53,235 bases of DNA from Trichomonas gallinae (lineage: Eukaryota). The position numbers and the translations under genes are program-made. Shown one piece after another: positions 10,217 through 21,474 of the stretch. Every line of letters begins with the position of its first letter. Within the stretch, counting starts at the first letter, position 1. The DNA lies in the NCBI GenBank assembly GCA_008369845.1, contig MRSU01011608.1:1-53235 (forward strand). Direction: 5' to 3'. The notes beneath the pieces were generated by a model that saw only the letters and a program-made list of their open reading frames with translations, was not told the DNA's origin and made no database searches.

Positions 10217-13200
10217 ATGTTGGTTTTCTTCTTTATCTTATCATTATCCAACGATTTTTCATACCTGTGGACCGAGTATGGTGCACTTGGATATATGAAT
10301 AGCACATTAATTTTCGATTATTTCAAAATTTATTGGAAATTTCAAAATGGAAACTGGCGAGAAATACCAAAGAATAATAAAAGATACGAGTTTTATCAAG
10401 GAATTAGCTTAAATACTACATTTCATCTTCCAGCAAACCAAAATATGATGATTGTAGAACTATCGATTTCGAATAACGGTACATCGGATAAAACTATTGA
10501 CTTTGAAGTTAGCTTCCGTCCTAAAATAGGAAATAATAACTTTATTGAACGAAGCATTTACGGCTTTACAAACGGAGTGAAACTTATCGATCCAGAATCT
10601 GGAAACGGTTGTATTTATATGATATCTGATAATTTTGCCAACGCAGATGAAATAATGTGGGATCAATACGAAGATCATGCATATTCATCAACAACAAATC
10701 CTAACCCACAAATTAAAAATTATAATGTTGTTACAAGATGGGACAAAAAAGTAATTACAGACACTGAACCATCACATTTTTATGTATACTTTAAAGATTT
10801 TTCAGATACATCAAAGTCATCTACAATTAACATATCGACTACAATAAACGAGACATATAATAAAGATGATTTTGTTTCATTATCTGGAACATTAGAAGGA
10901 TTTGAAACTGGCCAACAAATCACATTAGTTTCAAAGTTTGCCAATAACCAAAATCAAATAATTGGAAATTATACAGTAACAGATGACGAAGCAGAATTTC
11001 CATTTACTTATGATTTGTTCCTTCCAAATAAAGGAGTTTTCACATTAATGTTTTGGGCATTATCACAAAATTGTTCGGTGTCAAATGTTCAGAACATTGT
11101 GTTTTATGTAACAATGAAGCCAATTCTTACAATAACAAGTCATATTAACAGTGTTTATTACCCAGGCTCATCTATTTTAGTAGACTTGACTGTTCGTGCT
11201 GACAGAATGACTTATTTCTGCTATCGATTCGATTCAAATGATGAGTCATGCTCTGGATATCATTATTCAAATATTAATGGAGCAAATTATTCAGAATCTA
11301 TTACTGTTCCTCGACTTTCTGAAGATATCCACAATGTAAGATTCCGTTCTAAAAATGATTACGGTATTTTTTCCTTACCATTAACTTATGAATTCACAAT
11401 AATGAACAAGAAACCCCCATCATTGGAATTTGATCCGAAACCAACTCGATACACATATTATTTTTATGAAAACTTTACATGCTATATTTCAGCTAGTGGT
11501 TTTCATAATGGCGAAAACATTACTATCTGGCAAAGAGAAGGAACTTATGGAGAATATGCACCAATTTATCACTTCATTTATGAAGGTGATCCAAACAAAG
11601 TGTTTGTGAATTATAAAATTCCGTACAAAGTTTATGACACAAATTTGATGTTTTATTGCAGTGATCAATATAACGTTACATCATCTTCTATCTCTCACAC
11701 ATTATATATTAGAAAAGATTTTAGAGTTGAACTTTATCCGTTGCAAAGATACTATATCTCTGGTTCTAAATTCAATATAACAGGGTTTGTTGGAGATTTT
11801 GATCCTGGAACAGAGGTATTTGTTAATATGAAATGGGATCCTGGAACATCAGTATATCTTCAACATGAAAAACTTGTCATGAAAGATGATTATAAATCCA
11901 ATGACTTTAATATAGAAATAACAGCACCAGATAGAATTGGAGGGACAAGGCTCATATTATATTGTGGAACTAGTGACTCTCTTTATAGAGCTTCTATAGA
12001 ATATAGAATCACTACGACAAAAATACCAATAATCCACTCATATACAGCTCTTGAAGATACATATTCTCTCAATGGATTCATTGACATAGAATTTACCGCA
12101 TTTGCTGCAACTGATGCTTATGTTTATTACAAATATGATGATGGAAATTTCATTAAATTGGTTCAGACAATAAGTTTTAAGGATAATAATCTAACAACGA
12201 CTCAATCGATTCCATTATCAAACCAGAACTTAGAAATAGGACCTCACAACATTACATTCTATTTGATTGATTATTATGGTTGCCCATCAAAAGAAATTAT
12301 TCGACATGAATTTTTATATGATGACAGGAACCCGCCATCTTTAAGACTTGATTTGTATAATAGAGCTTACAAATTTTCTGATTACTACAGATTTAAATTG
12401 TATTATCACGACAAAGATCCTGAATCATTCGTTAATGTTTATTATTGGGTGGATAGCACTGAACCTCAAGAGCTATTTAATTTTACCTCATCTCGTTATG
12501 AACAAAGCAGAGAAATTTCTCTCCCTGCCCCAAGAATAAATGGAACACATACACTATATCTCAGAGCAATTGATAGCACTGGTGCAAAATCACGAATAGT
12601 TTCCATAACAAGTGAGATTAATCAAAAACCTGGTGTATCATTAAATAAATTTCCAAATTCGAGAATTCTATATGGAGATAATATCAGTATGACAGTAACA
12701 GTATTCGATTTTGATCCAGGTAAAGCTTTCTACCCCGTTTTAAAGTTTTCTAATTATAAATTGAACCTGTCTCATTTAGCTGTAACGATGCCAGAATCTA
12801 TGAAAATTACATATGACCTAACATTCGAAGCACCAAAAATTGATTTTAGTGGATATTTCATAATTTTCATGGTTCAAGATGGATGGGAATGTAACACTGG
12901 AAATAATGAGATTAAAATATCGCAGCGTCCGGAACTTTACATTTTGAATGAACTTGATCCACAATATTCAATAGGTGAAGTCATTACAATTGATATAACT
13001 GTTTGGGATGAAGATAGATGCTACTTAAAGTACAAATTTGATGAAGACAATAAAATCTATACTTTAGATACAATCAAAACAAATAATGAAAATATTACGA
13101 ACAGATATCAAATCCCAACTGCAGACAGAATATACAATGTTGGAGACAAGGTTTTGTCAATATATTGCGAAGATTCAAAATATTTTACATCTGATATATT

Positions 13201-16200
13201 CACACATAAATTTAAATATGAAAGTTTGTATGCTCCTCAATTTGAAGTTAAAATCGTCAATCAGAAGAATATTTATTACTTCCATGAATCATTGAAGTTA
13301 AGATTCAGATTGAGAGATAGAAACTATGGCGATGAAATTAAAATTATGCTAAAGGTCAATAACTCAGAATTCGAAAACATTTTAAATGTTACATCTTATG
13401 CGGAATGGCAGGAAGTTGACTATACATTTGTTTATCCACCAGAAGAACGTGGATATTCATTAGTTTTTTACGCGAATGACAACACAGATTCAGCATCCAA
13501 GGAATCAAAAATCGAATTTAAAGTCGTTCAAAAACCTGTTGTCGTCGTTATTTCTTCGATCGAAGGAATGCATGAACCAGGAACTTCAGTTGAAATAACA
13601 TGCTTCGCTGGTGATTTTGCAATTGGTGATGTCATTGAATTCTACTACAGAATCAATAATGATAAACAGGTTGATTTGCCTGAATCATTTGTCATCAATG
13701 ATAATTATTCGACAGATTTTTACACATTCACAATGAAGTTGCCAACATACACAAGTAGAAATAGCATTTATATCTTTGCTAAGAATCATAACAACGTTGT
13801 TGGAGAACGTGCAATTTTATACACAACAACTAATTATCTACCAAAAATTATCGAAATCCAGAAGATCAAACCTGAATATGCCAGCAACGAATTCATAGAT
13901 ATTGATTGCACTCTTTATGATGACACTTATGTATATATGTATTACAGATATGATACAAGGCAAGATTCTCAATTGGGTACATTTTCAATATATGGAAAAG
14001 AACTTCAAATTCATAAACAAATTCCTGTTCCCAAAGATAATTTTAGAGGAGGAACTCATAAACTTTACGTTTATTTCGTTGATGCTTATGGAAAAGCAAC
14101 TGAAACAAAAGAATTTGAATTCGTCTACAACGATAAACATGCTCCAGAATTTTCCGCAAAATTAATCAACAAAAAGAACTATTATGGATTCTATGATTTA
14201 GTTAAATTCAACTTCAGTGTTGTAGACCAAGATAATGGCAACACAGTGAGAATATTGATGAAAGTCAATGGATCGAATTTTACAGAAATTCATAGATTTG
14301 TTTCGAATGTTGAAAATTATAATTATAGTCATGAATTCGAAATACCAAACATTGATGGTTTTTGTACTGTTCATTTTATAGCTAGAGATGAAACAGAAGC
14401 TTCTAGTGTTGATCAAATTTTCGAAATTCATGTCAAAAAATCTCCAATTGTTGTCATAGAAAACGACTTTAGCGGATCATATGAAGGTGGAGAAACAGTT
14501 AATGTCAAAGGCTTTGTAGCTGATTTCGATCCAGGAACTGCTGTTCAAGTTTTATACTCATTCAGTGGAGGAAATCCCATATATGCTACACCATTCATCA
14601 ATACGAAAGAAGATTACAAGACTGATGAATTCAATTTTGATATCAAACTTCCAACAGATATTGGAACTCACACAGTTACATTTTGGGCTGAAGATAGTGG
14701 CAGACAAAAGAGTCATAACAGCAGACAGTTTATCACAGTCAACCTTGAACCAAAAATTGTTGAATGGGAGACATTGAGAGAACCAACTTATTATATGAAT
14801 GGATTCATCGAATTCGAAGCAATTCTTTTCGATGATTCACGTTCAATGATTTATTATAGATTTGATCACAGGGAAGTCAAATCGCTAGATGAGTGGATCT
14901 CACTTGATAAAATAAACAAGCAAGTAAATAAGGAAATTCCAATACCAACCGATCTTACTGTTGGCCGTCATGAATTGACGGTTTATCTTCAAGACTGGTT
15001 TGGAGTGAAATCAGAAATAAAAACACAATCATTCACATTCAGCAACAAATCTGTTCCTGTTCTTAAAATGAAAATAGATAACTACAGGAATGTTTATATG
15101 TTATCCGAAGAAATTTCATTCAGTGGAACAGTCATTGAAAATGATGCAGAAGACACAACAACAGTCAATGTACAAATAGATAATGGAGAACTTCATCAAA
15201 TTGCGGAATTTGAAACATCAAATGCTAGTCACTATTTCAATCATAAATTAAAACTTCCATTGGTTGCTGGTGATCATGTTGTTGTTTTCAAAGCACATGA
15301 TTCTACTGGTGGTGAATCAGGTGAACAAAGATTCAACATTAAAACACAGCAACAGCCAACAGTTATTGTTACTTCAGAAGTATTGAGTCAATATCTACCT
15401 AATGAAACAATATCTGTTAGGGGATACATTGCTGATTTCAGTCCTAACGAAGAAGTTCAACTTTTCTTCAGATTAAATGATGGAATAACAGAATACGCAG
15501 CTCTGTCGATGATTTCAGATGAAAACTACAAAACACCATCATTTGAATTCAGCACAACATTACCGGATGTTGTCAGAAGAAACATATTAACAATCTGGGC
15601 TGATTCTTCATCTGGAGCATCAAGCAGGAGAACTTATTTTAATATTATAACAAATAAAGCACCTTCAATTAGAGAATGGCAGCCAATAAAGAAAGTTAAT
15701 TCTAGAGGAGAATTCATAGAGTTAAATGCCTTGGTGACTGATGATTCAAACTGTATGATTTATTACAATTTCGATGATAATTCTGAAAGAAAAATAAACG
15801 AAATGTTACCAATTCGCAGCAAAGATTTTCCTGTTGTAAAACAAATTGCTATTGATGGGAATAATTTAGATATTGGACAACACAACATAACAGTTTGGAT
15901 CAAAGATGAATTTGATTTGCTTTCAGAGAAAATCACACAACAATTTGAACTCGTCAATCACCATGCTCCCGAAATTGTCTTGAATGCGCTTCCTAAGCGT
16001 GGACCATATAATTACCACGAAAAGATTACGTTCACGGGAAGTGTCAGAGATCTCGATGAAGGTGATAATGTCAAAGTCGGCTTCAAAATTGGAAGCAGCG
16101 AAATCGAGATTATATATGATAGTATATCTGATGGCCAATGGCATGACTTCATTCATACATTTGATGTTCCTCATGCTGATGGTGGATTCAACATATTTGT

Positions 16201-19200
16201 CGCCGCAATGGATCAAACGCAATCGAAATCAGAAGAAGTTTCTTTGCCATTTAATGTCGCAAAGTATCCAGGTGTTAAATTCATGAAGCCACTTAAGAAA
16301 TCTTATTCTCCAGGCGAAATAATGCATTTGACAAGCATGCTTGTTGACTTTGAAGCAAACAGTTCTATTTTATTCTGTTATTCAATTGATGGCGATGGAA
16401 AGAATTATATTAGCGAAGTTGAAATTTTCGAAAACATGACATCAGGAATTGTAAACTATGAAGTAAGTTTGCCAAATGTTCTTCAAGATCATTACCTTAT
16501 TTTATGGGCTGAAAATGAATTAGGACATGTTTTATGCAGCTACAACGAAAACTATTTGATTATGAACTATGCGCCAACAATGAATATAACAAATACTCTC
16601 CCATCTGAATTATTCGGTCATGCATTCATCGAAGTTGATGTCAGTGTTTATGATGACACTGATGTATGGGTATGCTATAGGATTGACAACAGTGGTGAGT
16701 ACAAGATTTCGACAAAAATTCAAAGTTTCTTCGAAATTGAAAAGAGAGTTTTGACGATCGAAATTCCTGAAAATTCTTTATCAGAAGATTCTCATACTTT
16801 ATATTTATATGTTAAAGACGAATTCGAAGCAACTTCAGAACCAATTATTCATCAATTTACTTATTCAAATACTCAAATTACTCCAGAATTGAAAGTTGAA
16901 ACAAAGATCAAATCCTATACATATGGATACTTCGAGAAAATAGATTTCACAGCAATTATGAACTCAGCAAGCACAGAAGATACGATTGAACTATATATGA
17001 GAATAGATTATGAAGAATATCAAAAAATATATGAATATAAATCGGAAGGAAAAGAAGTTTCATTTAAACACACCTTCCAGGTTCCACCAATAGATGACTT
17101 CCACTTCTTCACTCTAGTCGCAAGAAATCAAAATGGAGTTTCATCTAAAATCTCTAAATTTGATTTCGAATCAAGAATGAATCCAGGTTTAGAATTCACA
17201 GAACCAGTTAAGGTTTCTTATAGAACTGATGAGCAAATTATAATTACTGGATTTGCTGTTGATTACAATCCTGGAACTCTTTTGAATGTTTTCTATCAAC
17301 TCGACAGCGAAGAAAAGAAATCAGGAGGAAGAGTTAGAATTAATGGTGACTTCAAGACAAATTTATTCACTTTTACATTGCATCCAAATGTATCAATTAA
17401 TGTTCATTATATTAGCATTTGGATTGAAAGTGAAGGCAAAATCGTTTATTCAATTGGTGGAAACTTCATTGTTAACTCGAAGCCGAAATTAGTAATGAAA
17501 AATAGACCAAATACCATTTATTATACAAATGATCATATCAATCTTGATTTCAGTGTTTATGATAACACATATGCAAAAATTTGTTATAAATTCGATGAAG
17601 GAGATGAAAAATATTTGTCAGATTCGATACATTTCTTCAAGAGCGAATATGAATTCAGGAAACAAATTTTGATCAATTCTCATGTCATAAATCCAGGCCC
17701 GCATAAATTATATGTCTATGCATTAGATGAGTTTGGAGAAAAATCAGATTATTTTGTTCATGATTTTACATACGAAAATGTTGATGCTCCAGAACTTGTC
17801 ATTGAAAGTTTCGATCGCAAAAAGGTTTACAACTTTTACGAGAAAATCATTGTAAGAGGCAGAGCACGTGATACAAGTAAAAGGGGAAACACAAAGGTAT
17901 ATTACAGGTTCAATTTCTCTCAGCCTGTCGAAATTGACACTAGTCAACCAGTTTCATTATCAAAACGATTTCCACTTGCAAATGAACAAAATGAATGGAA
18001 ACAATTCGAGACTACAATTTCAGTTCCACAGAAGAATGAAGAATACTTCTTGATTTTATATGCCCAGGATGAAAATGGAGCGACGTCCATCGATACAAGA
18101 CATGATTTCAAAGTTCAATTTAATCCATGCATTAAACTGTTGAATTCTATTGAACGTTCTTACATGCCAGGAGATAAAGTCACAATATATGGTTTTGCTG
18201 GTGACTTCGAACAAGGAAAAACATTAAGCATATATTACAAACTTGGTGAAGAAGAAGCGAAAAAGATATCTGATCTCGAAGTCTTCGATAACATGACAAC
18301 AGGCGAATTCAAATTTGACATGGAAATTCCAACAGCAGTTACACCTCAGTCCTTCAAGATATGGGCCCAAGAATCAGATAAGGTCGTTGCAGTATTAGAT
18401 AAAGGCTATGAAGTTATCAACTTGACTCCAAGACTGAAAATAAATAACAAAGTCAGTCAAAGATATTTCAACAAAGGCTTCATCGATCTAGATGTAAGTG
18501 TTTGGGACAACACTCGAGTTATGTTATATTACTGCATTGATGGAAACCGAGAAATTAATTTGACTGATTATATTGATTGCAACAATAATTGGGAAAATCG
18601 TTTTATTCAAATTGAGCTCCCTCCTGGTAGTTATCAATTCGGCTCCCATAAATTGTATATCTTCGTAAGAGATGAATTTGGTGCCGAATCATCAGATACT
18701 GCTTATGATTTTATTTTGATTGATGAGCATGCACCAGACATGGAAATCTTAAATATTACGACAAAAGAAACATTTTCATATTATGAAGTTGTAACATTAT
18801 ATGGAAGAGTGAAGGATGATGATCCTGGCGACAAAATTTTTGTTAATCTACAGATAAATGGAAATGGATACACTGAAATATTTGCCACAATTGCAAATGG
18901 CGAATGGCAGAACTTTTCTTATACATTTAATGTTCCAAGAAATGATGGACTTCACATTGTTACATTCCAAGCACAAGATAATTGGACTGCAGCATCACGA
19001 ATTTCTCGATACAACTTTAAAGTTGGCAGATCTCATGGTATATCTTTTCGCAATTCATTTCCACGATATTATGAGCGAGCATCAACAATCAGACTCGAAG
19101 GAAGATTAACAGACATTCCTAAAAATCGAAAAGTCAGAGTTGAAGGAAGATTTGGAGATACCAGGTTCTTCATTGATGTATTCACGATACATAACACGAT

Positions 19201-20506
19201 GACATTCAAAGATTTCAACTTCAACTATGAGCTGCCACCAAATGCAACTAATGACGACCTTGAAATACTCGTCGTAGACAATGAGACGGATCAAGTCCTT
19301 AACTCAATTAAACAACCAATTGTTATCAATGAAAAGCCACAGTATTGGCTGCTGAATGAAATTCCCAATAAATTTGTTGGTGCAACATCGTTTGGCCTTG
19401 ATATTGTTGTCAATGATGACAGTCAGGCAAATCTCAGATATAGAATTGACAATGGAGAAGAAATTAATATGAGTGACATGATAATTTCAAACACATTAAA
19501 CATTACAACAAGACAAACACTCAAAATTCCAGGAGATTTAGAGAGACGCAATCATAGCATAACTATTTATGCTGTAGATGATCTTGGTCTTCCGTCTGAT
19601 GTTCAAATATATTCATTTTTGTTCTATAACAGCAATTTCAATGCACCAGAGTTGACAATAAATCAATTCGAAGATCAAGATTATTATATCAGTGAAAATA
19701 TTACTGCTAATGGATACTTATTTGATAAAGATGTTGGAGATGATGTCAAAGTTTATATTAGATATGACTTTGATGAATTTATCGAAATTCACAAGTGTCC
19801 ATATTCAACCAGAAAGCAATGTGAACATTTTAATTATTCATTCCCTGTTCCTAAATCAACAGGAAGCCATTATATTACATTCCAAGCAATTGACAGCAGA
19901 AATGCAACCTCAGAGGACTGTATTTTCAGGATCAATGTCATCAAACACAATGTTGAGCGTCCATCTCCACCAGTTCCAATTCCAAGACCATCACCACTTC
20001 CACCTCACTTTTCTGGATCAATGACGACAACAATCATTATAACTTACAGGGCATCAATTACAACAGACATCAATGGAGATCCTTATACAACATATATGCC
20101 AATGAAAGAAATAATTTCTTACGGCATTGAATTTACCAATTCAAGTACTGAAGAAATTAAAATTGATTTCTTCGATACAGTATTTGGCAAGTATATCTTG
20201 TGGCCTGTGATTGCCTGTGTTGTCCTTGTCATTATCGCTGTCATCATCATTGCTATTATCGTGAAGAAGAAACAAGCAGAAGAATCGGAAAGCGAGAGTT
20301 TAGTTGAGATGGCTGCGGAAACAATGCAGATTGGAGCGGCTACAGGCACAAATGAAGTCACAAATGAGAATCCTCTCTTCACGAACACAAAAGGCGAAGA
20401 TGATCTATTCAAAGATGATTTCCAAGAAAATGATAAAATCACAGATGATATTCAACAATCATTTGAAGAAGAAGACATTAATGAAGACAATGAAATCTAT
20501 TTTTAA
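10217..20506 (+). CDS. Giant Bap-like / Ig-fold repeat type-I surface protein (3429 aa)
   Basis: N-terminal signal (MLVFFFILSLS) and about 30 beta-rich ~100-aa repeats. Then a Pro-rich stalk (PSPPVPIPRPSPLPP), one TM helix (YILWPVIACVVLVIIAVIIIAIIV-KKK) and an acidic tail with NPLF and DDLFKDDF. Confidence 0.85.
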   Translation: MLVFFFILSLSNDFSYLWTEYGALGYMNSTLIFDYFKIYWKFQNGNWREIPKNNKRYEFYQGISLNTTFHLPANQNMMIVELSISNNGTSDKTIDFEVSFRPKIGNNNFIERSIYGFTNGVKLIDPESGNGCIYMISDNFANADEIMWDQYEDHAYSSTTNPNPQIKNYNVVTRWDKKVITDTEPSHFYVYFKDFSDTSKSSTINISTTINETYNKDDFVSLSGTLEGFETGQQITLVSKFANNQNQIIGNYTVTDDEAEFPFTYDLFLPNKGVFTLMFWALSQNCSVSNVQNIVFYVTMKPILTITSHINSVYYPGSSILVDLTVRADRMTYFCYRFDSNDESCSGYHYSNINGANYSESITVPRLSEDIHNVRFRSKNDYGIFSLPLTYEFTIMNKKPPSLEFDPKPTRYTYYFYENFTCYISASGFHNGENITIWQREGTYGEYAPIYHFIYEGDPNKVFVNYKIPYKVYDTNLMFYCSDQYNVTSSSISHTLYIRKDFRVELYPLQRYYISGSKFNITGFVGDFDPGTEVFVNMKWDPGTSVYLQHEKLVMKDDYKSNDFNIEITAPDRIGGTRLILYCGTSDSLYRASIEYRITTTKIPIIHSYTALEDTYSLNGFIDIEFTAFAATDAYVYYKYDDGNFIKLVQTISFKDNNLTTTQSIPLSNQNLEIGPHNITFYLIDYYGCPSKEIIRHEFLYDDRNPPSLRLDLYNRAYKFSDYYRFKLYYHDKDPESFVNVYYWVDSTEPQELFNFTSSRYEQSREISLPAPRINGTHTLYLRAIDSTGAKSRIVSITSEINQKPGVSLNKFPNSRILYGDNISMTVTVFDFDPGKAFYPVLKFSNYKLNLSHLAVTMPESMKITYDLTFEAPKIDFSGYFIIFMVQDGWECNTGNNEIKISQRPELYILNELDPQYSIGEVITIDITVWDEDRCYLKYKFDEDNKIYTLDTIKTNNENITNRYQIPTADRIYNVGDKVLSIYCEDSKYFTSDIFTHKFKYESLYAPQFEVKIVNQKNIYYFHESLKLRFRLRDRNYGDEIKIMLKVNNSEFENILNVTSYAEWQEVDYTFVYPPEERGYSLVFYANDNTDSASKESKIEFKVVQKPVVVVISSIEGMHEPGTSVEITCFAGDFAIGDVIEFYYRINNDKQVDLPESFVINDNYSTDFYTFTMKLPTYTSRNSIYIFAKNHNNVVGERAILYTTTNYLPKIIEIQKIKPEYASNEFIDIDCTLYDDTYVYMYYRYDTRQDSQLGTFSIYGKELQIHKQIPVPKDNFRGGTHKLYVYFVDAYGKATETKEFEFVYNDKHAPEFSAKLINKKNYYGFYDLVKFNFSVVDQDNGNTVRILMKVNGSNFTEIHRFVSNVENYNYSHEFEIPNIDGFCTVHFIARDETEASSVDQIFEIHVKKSPIVVIENDFSGSYEGGETVNVKGFVADFDPGTAVQVLYSFSGGNPIYATPFINTKEDYKTDEFNFDIKLPTDIGTHTVTFWAEDSGRQKSHNSRQFITVNLEPKIVEWETLREPTYYMNGFIEFEAILFDDSRSMIYYRFDHREVKSLDEWISLDKINKQVNKEIPIPTDLTVGRHELTVYLQDWFGVKSEIKTQSFTFSNKSVPVLKMKIDNYRNVYMLSEEISFSGTVIENDAEDTTTVNVQIDNGELHQIAEFETSNASHYFNHKLKLPLVAGDHVVVFKAHDSTGGESGEQRFNIKTQQQPTVIVTSEVLSQYLPNETISVRGYIADFSPNEEVQLFFRLNDGITEYAALSMISDENYKTPSFEFSTTLPDVVRRNILTIWADSSSGASSRRTYFNIITNKAPSIREWQPIKKVNSRGEFIELNALVTDDSNCMIYYNFDDNSERKINEMLPIRSKDFPVVKQIAIDGNNLDIGQHNITVWIKDEFDLLSEKITQQFELVNHHAPEIVLNALPKRGPYNYHEKITFTGSVRDLDEGDNVKVGFKIGSSEIEIIYDSISDGQWHDFIHTFDVPHADGGFNIFVAAMDQTQSKSEEVSLPFNVAKYPGVKFMKPLKKSYSPGEIMHLTSMLVDFEANSSILFCYSIDGDGKNYISEVEIFENMTSGIVNYEVSLPNVLQDHYLILWAENELGHVLCSYNENYLIMNYAPTMNITNTLPSELFGHAFIEVDVSVYDDTDVWVCYRIDNSGEYKISTKIQSFFEIEKRVLTIEIPENSLSEDSHTLYLYVKDEFEATSEPIIHQFTYSNTQITPELKVETKIKSYTYGYFEKIDFTAIMNSASTEDTIELYMRIDYEEYQKIYEYKSEGKEVSFKHTFQVPPIDDFHFFTLVARNQNGVSSKISKFDFESRMNPGLEFTEPVKVSYRTDEQIIITGFAVDYNPGTLLNVFYQLDSEEKKSGGRVRINGDFKTNLFTFTLHPNVSINVHYISIWIESEGKIVYSIGGNFIVNSKPKLVMKNRPNTIYYTNDHINLDFSVYDNTYAKICYKFDEGDEKYLSDSIHFFKSEYEFRKQILINSHVINPGPHKLYVYALDEFGEKSDYFVHDFTYENVDAPELVIESFDRKKVYNFYEKIIVRGRARDTSKRGNTKVYYRFNFSQPVEIDTSQPVSLSKRFPLANEQNEWKQFETTISVPQKNEEYFLILYAQDENGATSIDTRHDFKVQFNPCIKLLNSIERSYMPGDKVTIYGFAGDFEQGKTLSIYYKLGEEEAKKISDLEVFDNMTTGEFKFDMEIPTAVTPQSFKIWAQESDKVVAVLDKGYEVINLTPRLKINNKVSQRYFNKGFIDLDVSVWDNTRVMLYYCIDGNREINLTDYIDCNNNWENRFIQIELPPGSYQFGSHKLYIFVRDEFGAESSDTAYDFILIDEHAPDMEILNITTKETFSYYEVVTLYGRVKDDDPGDKIFVNLQINGNGYTEIFATIANGEWQNFSYTFNVPRNDGLHIVTFQAQDNWTAASRISRYNFKVGRSHGISFRNSFPRYYERASTIRLEGRLTDIPKNRKVRVEGRFGDTRFFIDVFTIHNTMTFKDFNFNYELPPNATNDDLEILVVDNETDQVLNSIKQPIVINEKPQYWLLNEIPNKFVGATSFGLDIVVNDDSQANLRYRIDNGEEINMSDMIISNTLNITTRQTLKIPGDLERRNHSITIYAVDDLGLPSDVQIYSFLFYNSNFNAPELTINQFEDQDYYISENITANGYLFDKDVGDDVKVYIRYDFDEFIEIHKCPYSTRKQCEHFNYSFPVPKSTGSHYITFQAIDSRNATSEDCIFRINVIKHNVERPSPPVPIPRPSPLPPHFSGSMTTTIIITYRASITTDINGDPYTTYMPMKEIISYGIEFTNSSTEEIKIDFFDTVFGKYILWPVIACVVLVIIAVIIIAIIVKKKQAEESESESLVEMAAETMQIGAATGTNEVTNENPLFTNTKGEDDLFKDDFQENDKITDDIQQSFEEEDINEDNEIYF

Positions 20507-20940
20507 ACATGCGGATTATTTTTAATTTAAACATTTATTATTTTAATTTTACAATTTTATTGAAGCAATTCTAATGAGCAACGAGAAGAAGCATGACATT
20601 ATGATGTTAGTCATCTATTGATGTACTAATTAATGCAGTTATAGATGCATAAAAATGACGTGTAAATTTACATGTCATATTTATAATTCAAATTAAAACC
20701 TTCTTGTTTATCACATAGATAGGAGTTCAAAAGAACCTAGTGCATATAATAAATTTAAAAAAACAAATGATTAATTCCAAGATATCAAAAGATGAATAAA
20801 TACTGCTCGCGAGTCTTATGCTCTAGCATCCATATATTGATAGATCAACTGATTTATATATTGTAAAAAAAAGGAATTTAAATTTGATAAAAATTTTTAG
20901 AATTAAATTAGTTCTACATGGATAATATACGATCATACAG

Positions 20941-21474
20941 TTACAACCAACCCGATTCTACTTCAAAAATCTGATCAAAAAGATCTTGGTGGAAAATCTT
21001 TTCGCTCCACGAAGCATCGTTTAAGCTAGAAATATCATCCAGCACCTGTATTGTTTTATCGACAGGAGTAAAGCTCTGTAATGTGATCTCCGCCTTCTTA
21101 TCTGCGTTTTGTTTTGTCTTCTTAAGTGAAGGAGCGATTCCCTTGGACACTAATAGAGAGTATCTGTTCTTTACATTGACATCTGATCTGTGAGGGAAGA
21201 ATCTGGAGATTTTGGACCAACACGGACCATAATCTTTTACTTTTTTCAATAGAAGTCGACTTTCTTCTACTGTCCAAGGTCCATTTGTTAATTCTGGACT
21301 CAAGTAATTTAAATAACGCTCTCTACATTGCCTTGTCGTTCTTGTTTGCATAAAATTCGCTATCTTTTTCCAAGATTGAGTTCCGAACTGCGCGACAAGC
21401 TCTATAAGCTTGTGATCTTCTTCCGCAGTGAACTTGTGTCTCAACGATTTGCCTGAACTACTGCTACCCGCCAT
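20941..21474 (-). CDS. R2R3 Myb-like transcription factor
   Basis: Two Myb repeats: KFTAEEDHKL...W..IA...RTTRQCRERYLNYL and PWTVEE...GPCWSKIS..FPHRSDVNVKNRY. TCATTT initiator at 21489-21494 (minus strand). Confidence 0.92.
   Translation of the reverse strand: MAGSSSSGKSLRHKFTAEEDHKLIELVAQFGTQSWKKIANFMQTRTTRQCRERYLNYLSPELTNGPWTVEESRLLLKKVKDYGPCWSKISRFFPHRSDVNVKNRYSLLVSKGIAPSLKKTKQNADKKAEITLQSFTPVDKTIQVLDDISSLNDASWSEKIFHQDLFDQIFEVESGWL

Noticed and set aside
2264..20525. Many short antisense or alternate-frame ORFs inside the Hydin and Bap-like genes
   Set aside because: Shadow ORFs with no domain motifs or initiator context. The same applies to those overlapping the other CDSs.
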